Positions 25,958-34,792 are shown, numbered from the stretch's first letter. The stretch is DNA of 39,375 nucleotides from a virus (IMGVR_UViG_3300025670_000138:1-39375); one strand, 5' to 3'. Numbers and translations are program-made. Notes: a model not told the origin generated them from the letters alone.

Positions 25958-28498
25958 ATGGCTTATCATTCAAAAGTCGAATACGAGGTACAAAACGGAG
26001 TTGTTCAATTTGCGATTCCTTTTCCGTACCTAGATAAATCACATCTGTTTACTTATGTTAATGGAACCGATGAAGCACACCAAGCTATCTTTAAGTTTGT
26101 CACAGATAGCACTATAGAACTTACAGCGCCTCTTGATGATGGGCAAATAGTTACTATAAAAAGAATAACCCCCAGAGCTAACCGTTTAGTTGACTATAAT
26201 GACGCTTCGATTCTTACAGAAACTGATCTTGATTTAGACTCTAATCAACTTTTGTATATCGTTCAGGAACTCTTAGATGAAACAGGAAACGCTTTAGATT
26301 CTGTTAATGTCTTAACATCTTTGATGGGAGGAACTGGAGGAGGTGAAGGAGCTGCAGAAAACTTAGCGTTAAACGGAGGGTTTGATGTTTGGCAAGATGG
26401 TTTAACTAAAGATGGTTCTGGTTATCTTGCAGATGGCTGGGAAGTTACACGTTTTGGTGATGGAGGTATTACGCCTACAATCGCTCAAAAGAGAACATTA
26501 AATTTTGATAATACAGCTTATCTTGATGTTGATATCTTATCTACAGGTTCTAACTCCGGAGTTACTGCTAAAAGTTATATAGCGAACCACTCAGAAATCT
26601 TAGATGTTACTTCAGGTAAGAATATTGCTATTAGTTATGATCTTAAAGCTTCTGTCTCTGGTGCTCGTGTTGGTATTGAAGTTGTTCAGTCTTTCGGAGT
26701 AGGGGGAGCTGAAGATGTTGTGATGTATCTAGGTGAAGACACTTTAAGCACAACGTTTTCTAGAAGATCTAAAGTTGTTACATTACCTTCAATTCAAGGA
26801 AAAGCTTTCTCCAAGAAAAGACATATAGCTATTCGTTTCTTATTTTTAGATGAAGCTAATGGTTTATCTGTTGATGAAATCTATACGTTATCTATTAAAG
26901 ACCTTAAAATCGAAGTAGGCGCTGCATCAACCTCTTTTGTTAGAGATACTTTTGATAATGTTTTAAGAAAATGTAAAAGATTCTTTCAGAAAACTTATGA
27001 TGCTGATGTTGCTCCAGATACTGAAGGACAAAAAGAAGGGGCGCTTGTTCCTGCTTTATATTCTTCAGATAAATCCTATTGTCATTTTGACTTTGATGAG
27101 TCTATGATTGATGCGCCTGATAGTGTTGTTGCTTATTTCCCTAAGGATGTTGCAGGTGGAGCGCCTATGGCCGTTGGGGAAACCCCTATAGCTCCTGTAC
27201 ATTATTTTAATAACGCTTTTACAGCGCTGGAAGCAAATGGGCAGGTAAGTTTAGGAACGGAATCTATTGGCTTAGGGTATACCTTGTATGGTGTTCATCC
27301 GCAAGAAATTGATAATTTATATGCAGAAGATCTTTCCCATAAAGACTTAAGACGTTTATTGACTCCTTATAAATTAAGAGGAGACACTTCTCTATCTGGT
27401 GTTCTTTTTTTTGATGTTAAAAATAGACATACAGGAGATAAGATACGTGAGGTGGGTGATACTTTTTCTGTCTCAGTATATCTTAGGAGTCGTGTTGTTG
27501 AAGAGACGCAATGTACTTTAATAATTAATGATGATAATAATACTGTAGGAACATCTCTTGCTGAAAATCGTACCGAACATATAGTGACTGTAAATAAAGA
27601 ATGGAAACGCTTCGAAATAAATAGGGTTTATACTGGTCCTTCTTTTCGTTTCTTACTTTTCCCTAATGATATTGACGGAAGCGTTAATGCTTTAGCTAAA
27701 GTTGAATTTAGACATTTTCATGTGGAAAATACAACAAACCTAAGTAATAAAACACCCCATCCGCCTATTCCTTTATTAAGTACACAACCTGCTTCTAATC
27801 TCCTCAATTTCCCTCTTAATTATACGGGAGATAACGCGACAGAATATAATGTTTCCTATAAGGTTGATGGTACTGTTGCGTCTTTTACCCATATAAATAC
27901 AGTAGGCTCTAGCACGCAAGGATGGAAAATACCTTGGGATTTAGAAAAAACCGTCATTTTTACAATCTTTTTTGACCCAATAGCATCCACATCTAGCTAT
28001 GCTGTTGTAAATTTTTATATAGGTGGCTCTAGTCAAGATATATATATCACAGAAGGGAATCACTGCTTGACTTTTGTGTATAGGGGAGGGTCTAGATCAG
28101 GCACAGATATTTACTTATTATTTAAGGATTATGGAGCAGATGGTCTAACCACCGTTTTTCCTGCTATTTTAATGAACACACCTACTATTTATGACCCTCT
28201 TTATACAGATAGCTCCGTGAATGAAGATATTTTTCCTTATGCTTTAGCTTTAGAATCTGTTGTACATGATGGATCAATTGACCCTGTCACAAGAGTGGTT
28301 ACAGAGGATACTGGAGCTTTACTTCAAGATTTTCCTGGAGCAGATATACCTGAAGGGCCTGCGTCTTTCGCTGATGTGAATATAGCAACTGCAGTAGAGA
28401 ATATCTCAGAAGAAAGATGTGCTATCGCTGTGACTTCAACAGATGGAACCACGTTTCCTGTTCAAAAGTTACATGCAACAGCTTCAGCTAGACTCTAA
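25958..28498 (+). CDS. Tail fibre / receptor-binding protein (T7 gp17-like N-terminus)
   Basis: F.IPFPYL...V.I.R.T....LVDY.D.SILTE.DLD....QL.YI.QE adaptor followed by beta-rich domains. Confidence 0.92.
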   Translation: MAYHSKVEYEVQNGVVQFAIPFPYLDKSHLFTYVNGTDEAHQAIFKFVTDSTIELTAPLDDGQIVTIKRITPRANRLVDYNDASILTETDLDLDSNQLLYIVQELLDETGNALDSVNVLTSLMGGTGGGEGAAENLALNGGFDVWQDGLTKDGSGYLADGWEVTRFGDGGITPTIAQKRTLNFDNTAYLDVDILSTGSNSGVTAKSYIANHSEILDVTSGKNIAISYDLKASVSGARVGIEVVQSFGVGGAEDVVMYLGEDTLSTTFSRRSKVVTLPSIQGKAFSKKRHIAIRFLFLDEANGLSVDEIYTLSIKDLKIEVGAASTSFVRDTFDNVLRKCKRFFQKTYDADVAPDTEGQKEGALVPALYSSDKSYCHFDFDESMIDAPDSVVAYFPKDVAGGAPMAVGETPIAPVHYFNNAFTALEANGQVSLGTESIGLGYTLYGVHPQEIDNLYAEDLSHKDLRRLLTPYKLRGDTSLSGVLFFDVKNRHTGDKIREVGDTFSVSVYLRSRVVEETQCTLIINDDNNTVGTSLAENRTEHIVTVNKEWKRFEINRVYTGPSFRFLLFPNDIDGSVNALAKVEFRHFHVENTTNLSNKTPHPPIPLLSTQPASNLLNFPLNYTGDNATEYNVSYKVDGTVASFTHINTVGSSTQGWKIPWDLEKTVIFTIFFDPIASTSSYAVVNFYIGGSSQDIYITEGNHCLTFVYRGGSRSGTDIYLLFKDYGADGLTTVFPAILMNTPTIYDPLYTDSSVNEDIFPYALALESVVHDGSIDPVTRVVTEDTGALLQDFPGADIPEGPASFADVNIATAVENISEERCAIAVTSTDGTTFPVQKLHATASARL

Positions 28499-28515
28499 GA
28501 AGTAAAAAGTTAAAC

Positions 28516-28544
28516 CCCCTAATGATTTCCGTTAGGGGTATTTT
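28516..28544 (+). terminator. Probable intrinsic terminator
   Basis: CCCCTAATG-ATTTC-CGTTAGGGG followed by TATTTT. Confidence 0.6.
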
Positions 28545-28564
28545 ATATAATTAAAGGATTAATT

Positions 28565-28825
28565 ATGTCAGACAATTTATGTGATCGCGTAACTGTGATC
28601 GAAACAAACCAAAAGAATCTCAAGGATGATCTTTCAGAAATCAAAAGTTTGATCAGAGATAGTAAGCTTGATGCAGAAAAACAAAATAAAGAACTTCAAG
28701 ATCGTATTAAAGCTATGGAACTTCAATGGTCTAGAGTAAGAGGCGTCACAGGGACTTTGATCTTTGTGTGTACTTTTATTTGGTCAGCTATAACCTTCTG
28801 GTACGGTGATGGAGGAGTAAAATAA
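28565..28825 (+). CDS. Coiled-coil protein with C-terminal TM helix (holin-like, gp17.5 position)
   Basis: Hydrophobic GVTGTLIFVCTFIWSAITFWY; located between tail fibre and small terminase. Confidence 0.55.
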   Translation: MSDNLCDRVTVIETNQKNLKDDLSEIKSLIRDSKLDAEKQNKELQDRIKAMELQWSRVRGVTGTLIFVCTFIWSAITFWYGDGGVK

Positions 28826-29079
28826 TGGCCGGTAAAACTGCTTCAGAAGAAGCTCTTAATGAATTACATCAGGCGCTTTCAGATGTTCTTACTGATTCTC
28901 TTAAAAGAAAATATTATGATCAGATGGGCGATGAAATCCCAGCACCTGCAGCTATTCTTAACGTAGCTCGACAGTTTCTTAAAGATAATGGAGTGGAAGC
29001 TTCCGCCGAAGTTATCACAGAAACTTTTAACTTAACTAATGTTTTACCTTTTGATAATGATAAAGCTGTAAGCCATTAA
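28825..29079 (+). CDS. Terminase small subunit (T7 gp18-like)
   Basis: ASEE.L.ELH...AA.LNVARQFLKDN...LPF motif. Confidence 0.88.
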   Translation: MAGKTASEEALNELHQALSDVLTDSLKRKYYDQMGDEIPAPAAILNVARQFLKDNGVEASAEVITETFNLTNVLPFDNDKAVSH

Positions 29080-29103
29080 TAATAAACATAATAAAGGACT
29101 ATT

Positions 29104-30780
29104 ATGACAACTAAAAAGAAAAAATCAGATAGTGATTTACTTAAAGAAGATTTTCGTAATTTCCTTTATTTCATGTGGAATCACTTAAGATTACCTCCAC
29201 CTACTCCAGTTCAATATGATATCGGTTCGTATCTCCAAGATGAAGAAGAGAAACGAAAGATTATCCAAGGATTTCGAGGAGTAGGTAAGTCTTGGATTAC
29301 CTCTGTGTTTGTCTGTTGGCTTTTATATAAAGACCCTCAGATTAAAATACTTGTAGTGTCTGCAGGACAAGTGAGAGCTGATGAGTTTTCAGTCTTCACA
29401 AAGAATTTAATAGAAGAAGTTCCTCTTTTACATCATTTAAAACCTAGAAAAGGACAAAGAGACTCTAATATTTCTTTTGATGTCGGTCCTGCTAGATCAT
29501 CTCATGCACCTTCTGTTAAAAGTATTGGTGTGACAGGCGCTATGACAGGTTCAAGAGCGAATGTAATCATTGCAGATGATGTAGAGTCTTTAAATAACTC
29601 TGGTAATCAAGCAAATAGAGATAAATTAAATAAAACTATTTCTGAATTTGAGTCAATTCTTTCACCAAAAGGTGACATTATCTATTTAGGGACACCTCAA
29701 ACCGAAGAGTCTATCTATAAAAAATTAGAAAAAGAAGGATATAACACAAGAATTTGGCCGGCTAGAATTCCTGATGCTGCTCAGATGGAACGATATGGAC
29801 ATAAGTTGTCTAGCTTCGTAAGAAATTTAGTTGCTAAACTCAAAGTAGGTTCACCCGTTGACCCTGAAAGATTTGATGAAGAAGAACTTAGAATGCGTGA
29901 AGCTAAATACGCAAGATCTGGTTTCAACTTACAGTTTATGTTAGATACATCAACTTCAGATACACTTAGATTTCCTTTGAAACTTAGTGATTTTATCGTT
30001 GAAGATTTAGATATCGATAAGGCACCTAATAAACTTGTGTGGTCTTCAGGCGCTGAACATCGTTTAGATGAAATTAAGTCTGTTGGAAAAGAAGGAGATT
30101 ACTTCTATAAGCCTATGTTTAAGACTGACACTTGGAGTGATTATGATGGCTCAGTGCTATCTATTGATCCCTCGGGTAGAGGTAAAGATGAATTAGGTTA
30201 TGCTGTTGTTAAACATCTTAATGGCATGCTTTTTGTCTTAGAATGTGGTGGGCTACAAGGAGGCTATGATGATGTTACTTTAAATGCTCTAGCTAATATC
30301 GCTAAGCGTCAAAAAGTTAATGCTATTATCATCGAGAGTAACTTTGGTGACGGTATGTTCACTAAACTTTTAACACCCATTATCACTAAAATTCATCCCT
30401 GTGCGATGGAAGAAGTGAGACATAATAAACAAAAAGAAAAACGTATAATCGATACTTTAGAGCCACTTTTGAACCAACATAGAATTATCATTGATAAAAC
30501 TTTAGTCACTAAAGATTGTGATATTGATATCAATAATGAATCGAGTATTAATAATTCTTTATGTTATCAACTTGCTAATATCACACAAGAAAGAGGTGCT
30601 TTACGTCATGATGATAGATTAGATGCTCTTTCGATTGCGATAGCTTATTGGACAGATATGATGTCTACAAATATTGATAATGCTCAAAAAGAAAAAGAGG
30701 AGGAAGAATTTGATAAGTATCTTAGAGAATTCGTAGCAGGTTTTGATGAAGAAGACTCTACTAATTTCTTAGAAATATAA
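29104..30780 (+). CDS. Terminase large subunit (T7 gp19-like)
   Basis: GFRGVGKSWIT, TGSRA..IIADDVE, LGTPQT, IDPSGRGKDE, ESNFGDGM and HDDRLDAL motifs. Confidence 0.97.
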   Translation: MTTKKKKSDSDLLKEDFRNFLYFMWNHLRLPPPTPVQYDIGSYLQDEEEKRKIIQGFRGVGKSWITSVFVCWLLYKDPQIKILVVSAGQVRADEFSVFTKNLIEEVPLLHHLKPRKGQRDSNISFDVGPARSSHAPSVKSIGVTGAMTGSRANVIIADDVESLNNSGNQANRDKLNKTISEFESILSPKGDIIYLGTPQTEESIYKKLEKEGYNTRIWPARIPDAAQMERYGHKLSSFVRNLVAKLKVGSPVDPERFDEEELRMREAKYARSGFNLQFMLDTSTSDTLRFPLKLSDFIVEDLDIDKAPNKLVWSSGAEHRLDEIKSVGKEGDYFYKPMFKTDTWSDYDGSVLSIDPSGRGKDELGYAVVKHLNGMLFVLECGGLQGGYDDVTLNALANIAKRQKVNAIIIESNFGDGMFTKLLTPIITKIHPCAMEEVRHNKQKEKRIIDTLEPLLNQHRIIIDKTLVTKDCDIDINNESSINNSLCYQLANITQERGALRHDDRLDALSIAIAYWTDMMSTNIDNAQKEKEEEEFDKYLREFVAGFDEEDSTNFLEI

Positions 30781-30793
30781 CTTTTAGTAACAC

Positions 30794-30856
30794 AATGCTT
30801 AACATTAGATTCTTAGTGTTAAGCGTTAACTCCTCAAACTTTTATGAGGTATTAAC
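30794..30856. terminator. Two tandem hairpins after terminase (possible terminator or processing site)
   Basis: AATGCTTAACATTAG / TTAGTGTTAAGCGTT (30794-30827) and GTTAA..CCTCA / TGAGG..TTAAC (30825-30856); no adjacent U-run. Confidence 0.4.
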
Positions 30857-30901
30857 GTAGGGAGGAGCCTTTCTTTGTTTTATTTCTTGTTCTTCTTTTT
30901 A

Positions 30902-30910
30902 TGTTATAAT
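30902..30910 (+). promoter_or_regulatory. Extended -10 sigma70 promoter for the AAA+ gene
   Basis: TGtTATAAT about 70 bp upstream of the ATG. Confidence 0.65.
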
Positions 30911-30979
30911 TATCTGCGAGACTCACACCTTAACTAAAAGAGATCTCTTTATTTTTAACTTAAAGAGTAGGTGTGATTT

Positions 30980-32116
30980 ATGTCTAATTTAAAAACGTCT
31001 CCTGGAGATCTTTATCCAGAATTTCCTAAAGAAGATTTTGATACAGAGAATCTGGAAAAAACTTACAAAAAGAAAAAACCTTTAGTTTTCTCAAATGAAG
31101 CCCTTAATAAATGTAAAGGCTTTTCTATTGTCCCTATTTTTGATATGGATAAAATAAGAGCTGCTTTTTTAGAATTAGACAGAAGTGAAAAGAATAGGAA
31201 AGCTTTATTAGGGAAGTTTGCTAATAGACCTATATGTGGCTGTAGATATGTCCCTATCCTCTCTGAAAATTTCATTAAAGAACTCTCCTTAATAAAAAAA
31301 GATTTTCCTAATTGTCTAGAATTTCTTAATTTTATAGAAGATTTTGCTTACCTAAGTTCTATTTCTAATAGGTTATGCTTAAACTTCCCTCCCGTTCTTC
31401 TTGCAGGCCCTCCTGGAGTGGGTAAAACCGCTGTTCTAACGCGTTTAGCTTCTATAGTGCATGTACCCTTCAGGAAAATCGATTGCGCCACGCTAACGTC
31501 CCCTGCGGTGATCTCAGGAAGTCCTTCAACTTACGCGGATAGTCGCCCAGGATTTATCTTAGAAATGCTTAGAGATAATCCTATTGCTAATCCTTTAGTT
31601 CTCTTTGATGAAATAGATAAAGTAGTCGAAGATTATAAAGGTTTGGATATGTTAGGAGGTCTTTATACGCTTTTAGAAGGAAATACCTCTAATTCTTTTA
31701 GCGATGAAACGTTAGATTTTCCTTTTGACGCGAGTTTTATAAACTTCTGTGCTTCTGCCAATAACACAGATTTAATGTCTGACGCTATTTTATCTCGGTT
31801 TACGGTTATCTATATAGAACCTCTGGAAGAATCTCACTCTAAAGCTATCATTTCTTCGATATATAGAGAGATAATCGTTTCTGGGTCTTATGATAGGTTT
31901 TTTAAGTTATCGCTCCCTGACGAGCTTGTAGATGCTCTTACCGGTCTATCGCCTAGAGTAATTAAAAAGATTCTCTATAGAAGCCTTGGCCGTGCTTGTA
32001 AGTCTTTAGATAAAACACAGAGAAAAAAGGTTGCGTTATCCTTAGAAAACCTTGTATTAGATACTGAGACTATAAGTGATAGAGCTAAAGTTCCTTTTGG
32101 TTTCAATAATACGTAA
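30980..32116 (+). CDS. Stand-alone Lon-like AAA+ ATPase without protease domain (moron)
   Basis: LLAGPPGVGKT, NPLVLFDEIDK, LLE..F.DE..P.D.S.INF..SAN and ILSRF match the Lon AAA module; protein ends after the lid domain with PFGF. Confidence 0.85.
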   Translation: MSNLKTSPGDLYPEFPKEDFDTENLEKTYKKKKPLVFSNEALNKCKGFSIVPIFDMDKIRAAFLELDRSEKNRKALLGKFANRPICGCRYVPILSENFIKELSLIKKDFPNCLEFLNFIEDFAYLSSISNRLCLNFPPVLLAGPPGVGKTAVLTRLASIVHVPFRKIDCATLTSPAVISGSPSTYADSRPGFILEMLRDNPIANPLVLFDEIDKVVEDYKGLDMLGGLYTLLEGNTSNSFSDETLDFPFDASFINFCASANNTDLMSDAILSRFTVIYIEPLEESHSKAIISSIYREIIVSGSYDRFFKLSLPDELVDALTGLSPRVIKKILYRSLGRACKSLDKTQRKKVALSLENLVLDTETISDRAKVPFGFNNT

Positions 32117-32360
32117 AAAATTGTCATTTTAGTGAAATCACGTCCTCTACAAGCCCCGTCATACGTAGCCTCCATCAGGTGTACCCTATTAGAAGAAGAC
32201 AGAAAATTCTTCGTGCTCTCTTTGAGGGGGGTAAGGGGGGAGTATCTAAAGAAACTAAAGACTCTTAAGACTCCTAAAGATCTCTAGAGATAATTTCTTC
32301 TTCTTAAAAAGAAAATAAAAACTAAAGAGATCTAAAGATAACTAAAGACTCTAAAGAAAC
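32114..32360 (+). repeat. Copy 2 of duplicated cassette
   Basis: Matches copy 1 at 3117-3430, with fewer 9-mer units. Confidence 0.95.
32174..32198 (+). promoter_or_regulatory. Putative phage RNAP promoter (phiOR-like position)
   Basis: ATCAGGTGTACCCTATTAGAAGAAG; downstream of terminase, facing the inferred genome end. Confidence 0.6.
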
Positions 32361-32568
32361 TCTAGGTCTCTAAAAGTGGTGTTGAAACTTTAAGTCTCAA
32401 TTCGATAGCTCAAACTAGTTCACTTTAGAAGACCAAAGACTATTTCTCAAGATTGCTTAAATTACCTTTTATCTGTCTAAACTTCTAAAAGATGTATCTT
32501 TGGCACTGAAGCCCAAAACTAAAAGCGACCTTCAAGGAACGAAAGATCGTAAAGATATAATCTTTAAT

Positions 32569-33159
32569 TTATCTATAATACTTATAGAAAAGCTCTATAG
32601 GTAAATAATAATCATCATAAGGCGTCACAACTCTTAACGAGATAATCGTCTTATTTCTATAAAAAGGTTTAAGAAATCTATAAGGTATTAAAGCATAAGA
32701 CCTTAGTATTTCTATATTCACTTTTCTTCTTTTTAATAAGTCTAGAACATTAGCAGCTCTATAAGCTGAAATATCTTGATGGTATCTAGAAGAGTCTTTT
32801 CCTAAAGATTTTGACGTAAAGATATCTATTTGTAAATCACTAAACATATAGATACTTGAAGCTAACTTAGAAATTACTCTATGATTAATTACACGAGCTT
32901 CATTAGCTTTAAAGAGATAATCATTATCAAATATGACAAATACAATGTCACCAGATTGTCTTATAGTGACTTCATGTTTCTTAAGGCGCTTCTTGATCTT
33001 CTTTGAGAGGTCAACACTATAATCATTTTTATATTCCAAATCTATCTGCTGCTTCTTAAAGAGATCTGAGCTTTTATACCAGACATAACTTCTAGAGTAC
33101 TCTGCAGATTCACATACAGAAGAACTTAAAACACAATATAGAAATAATAAAAATTTCAT
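32569..33159 (-). CDS. Exported protein with degenerate OmpA-like C-terminal domain (moron)
   Basis: Signal-peptide-like N-terminus; IRQSGDIV.V.F....LF and D.S.YRAANV..LL resemble OmpA/YiaD domains; GGAG RBS and TATAAT (33186-33191) on the minus strand. Confidence 0.6.
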   Translation of the reverse strand: MKFLLFLYCVLSSSVCESAEYSRSYVWYKSSDLFKKQQIDLEYKNDYSVDLSKKIKKRLKKHEVTIRQSGDIVFVIFDNDYLFKANEARVINHRVISKLASSIYMFSDLQIDIFTSKSLGKDSSRYHQDISAYRAANVLDLLKRRKVNIEILRSYALIPYRFLKPFYRNKTIISLRVVTPYDDYYLPIELFYKYYR

Positions 33160-33239
33160 TAAGATACTCCTGAAGGTTAATAACTATTATACCTTAAAGA
33201 TTCTAAAGAGTGTGATTATCTAATGGAAAACTAATAGAT

Positions 33240-33790
33240 GTCTTTTTGAAAATTCTAAAAAAATCTGAGAGGGTATATATAAAAAACCCCCCGCGATTTA
33301 CCCCCCATGGCTTCTTTAAATTCTCTCCAGGATTAACAAAAAGATTGCCATAATTTAAGATTATCGCAAAGTAGTAGGGACTTAAGTTCCTATTTGATCA
33401 AAAAAACTACAGGAAAGCTCAGGAAAACTGAGTAAATCTGTAGGAAACTTCAGGAATACTTGGCTTGAGCGTTAGCGAGAGACATAGTGACCCCTTTTGA
33501 TTTCTTATAGTTTTCTTATTGATTACTGTTAGTTTACTAATAGAACCATAGGAATAACCCTGAGATTAACTCTAAGCTTCTTTTAGACTTATTTTAGACT
33601 TCTGTTAGATTTATCTCCTCTTAAGATTCTTAAGACTCTATAGAGTTTCTAGACTATAAAAGATTCTTAAGATTTCTATAGTTTTTTATTTTCTTTTAAA
33701 GAAGAAGAAAAATTCTACAGTTATCTATAGATACTTAAGTTCCTAAGGATTTCTAATAGATTCTTCAGTTATCTATATAGTATAAATATT
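33240..33790. other. Non-coding region probably containing the virion genome terminus / terminal repeat
   Basis: Between the last late genes and the first early promoter; C-runs at 33287-33307; many short CTTAAG/CTATAG/CTAAG-type repeats at 33540-33780. Confidence 0.55.
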
Positions 33791-33807
33791 TAATTTAAAT
33801 TAAATTG

Positions 33808-33844
33808 CAAATAAAGTTGCACGGAGAATATCTCTGGCTATACT
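33808..33844 (+). promoter_or_regulatory. Early host-RNAP promoter 1
   Basis: TTGCAC (33817-33822), 16 nt, TATACT (33839-33844), with upstream A/T tract. Confidence 0.8.
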
Positions 33845-33896
33845 TTAAGTAACATTAAGAATAACTAAATAAAACTTTTAAATAAATCTCTAAGCC

Positions 33897-33959
33897 CTGA
33901 CAGGCAGAAATTAACCAAAAGAAATTATTAAGCTATAATTAAATTATAAATTAAATAAC
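33897..33959 (+). repeat. Early leader repeat, copy 1
   Basis: CTGACAGGC..AAATTAACCAAA...TTAAATTATAAATTAAATAAC, also present at 35019-35081. Confidence 0.8.
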
Positions 33960-33970
33960 TGGAGAAACAA

Positions 33971-34120
33971 ATGAATACTTTAAATCTAACTCAAGACGAA
34001 CTAAATGCAATCAGATTGTTAAATCATGCAGATTCTATAGAAATATCTAGAGGATTATCTAAAGAAGAAGAGAATCTACGCGATATGATCTCTTTGTATT
34101 CTAATGTTTCTTTCGCATAA
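33971..34120 (+). CDS. Early hypothetical protein (49 aa, MNTLNLTQDEL...)
   Basis: Read manually; GGAG RBS; first ORF after the early promoter. Confidence 0.7.
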   Translation: MNTLNLTQDELNAIRLLNHADSIEISRGLSKEEENLRDMISLYSNVSFA

Positions 34121-34137
34121 CCACAGGGAATAACCTA

Positions 34138-34440
34138 ATGAAAAATTTAACACCTAAAGAAATTGAAAACCTAGCAGTCCATCTAGAGCAAGAAACATCT
34201 ATACTTGAGCTTGAAGATTTCCATGAGGCAACCGAGGAACTAACGAAATACTTAGCGTCTCTTGATATTCAACATGAGGTACATAAGTATTATTCTGATT
34301 ATTATATATTTGGAGACACTTATATTCTAGTAGAACTACCAGCAGCTAATATCCTTTTTGATTCTATAGAAATCTATTACTTATCTAAAAGAGATACTAG
34401 GCGTTTTATTAGAGAGAAACAATTAATTAAATTAAATTGA
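34138..34440 (+). CDS. Early hypothetical protein (acidic N-terminal half)
   Basis: ORF with AGGGA RBS in the early region. Confidence 0.75.
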   Translation: MKNLTPKEIENLAVHLEQETSILELEDFHEATEELTKYLASLDIQHEVHKYYSDYYIFGDTYILVELPAANILFDSIEIYYLSKRDTRRFIREKQLIKLN

Positions 34441-34505
34441 AAATAAAGTTACACAGAAAATAAACAAGGCTAGACTTATATTAACTGGGAGTTAAGAGGC
34501 TCCCA
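34441..34505 (+). promoter_or_regulatory. Early promoter 2 plus TAAGAG-loop hairpin 4
   Basis: TTACAC (34449-34454), 16 nt, TAGACT (34471-34476); TGGGAGT-TAAGAG-GCTCCCA (34486-34505). Confidence 0.8.
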
Positions 34506-34540
34506 AAATTAAACTTAAAAATAACTAAAGGAAATAAATT

Positions 34541-34792
34541 ATGACTATATTAACTAAAGAAGAACAAAGAGAGAAGGAACTGGAAGAATATTACATCCCT
34601 GAAGATATCGAGGGAGGATATTTGGGGATGTTTTATTGTCTAAAGGGTAAAACGATTTTAAATGTTTCCGAAAAGATGGGATATAGTGCAGTTGATTTTA
34701 CTATTACTACTAAGTGTGGAGATACATTAACTTTTCAGGATTTAAATGATGGTGGGCCTGCCAATATCCAATACACTCGAAAAAATGACTAA
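34541..34792 (+). CDS. Early hypothetical protein
   Basis: AAGGA RBS; follows early promoter 2. Confidence 0.75.
   Translation: MTILTKEEQREKELEEYYIPEDIEGGYLGMFYCLKGKTILNVSEKMGYSAVDFTITTKCGDTLTFQDLNDGGPANIQYTRKND

Noticed and set aside
3117-32360. Duplicated cassette as attL/attR or as the virion terminal repeats
   Set aside because: It would exclude both integrase and RNAP from the element; the tRNA-derived att lies at 1798-1847.
34138-34440. Ocr-like DNA mimic
   Set aside because: Position and acidity are suggestive, but the C-terminus is basic and no Ocr motif is recognisable.
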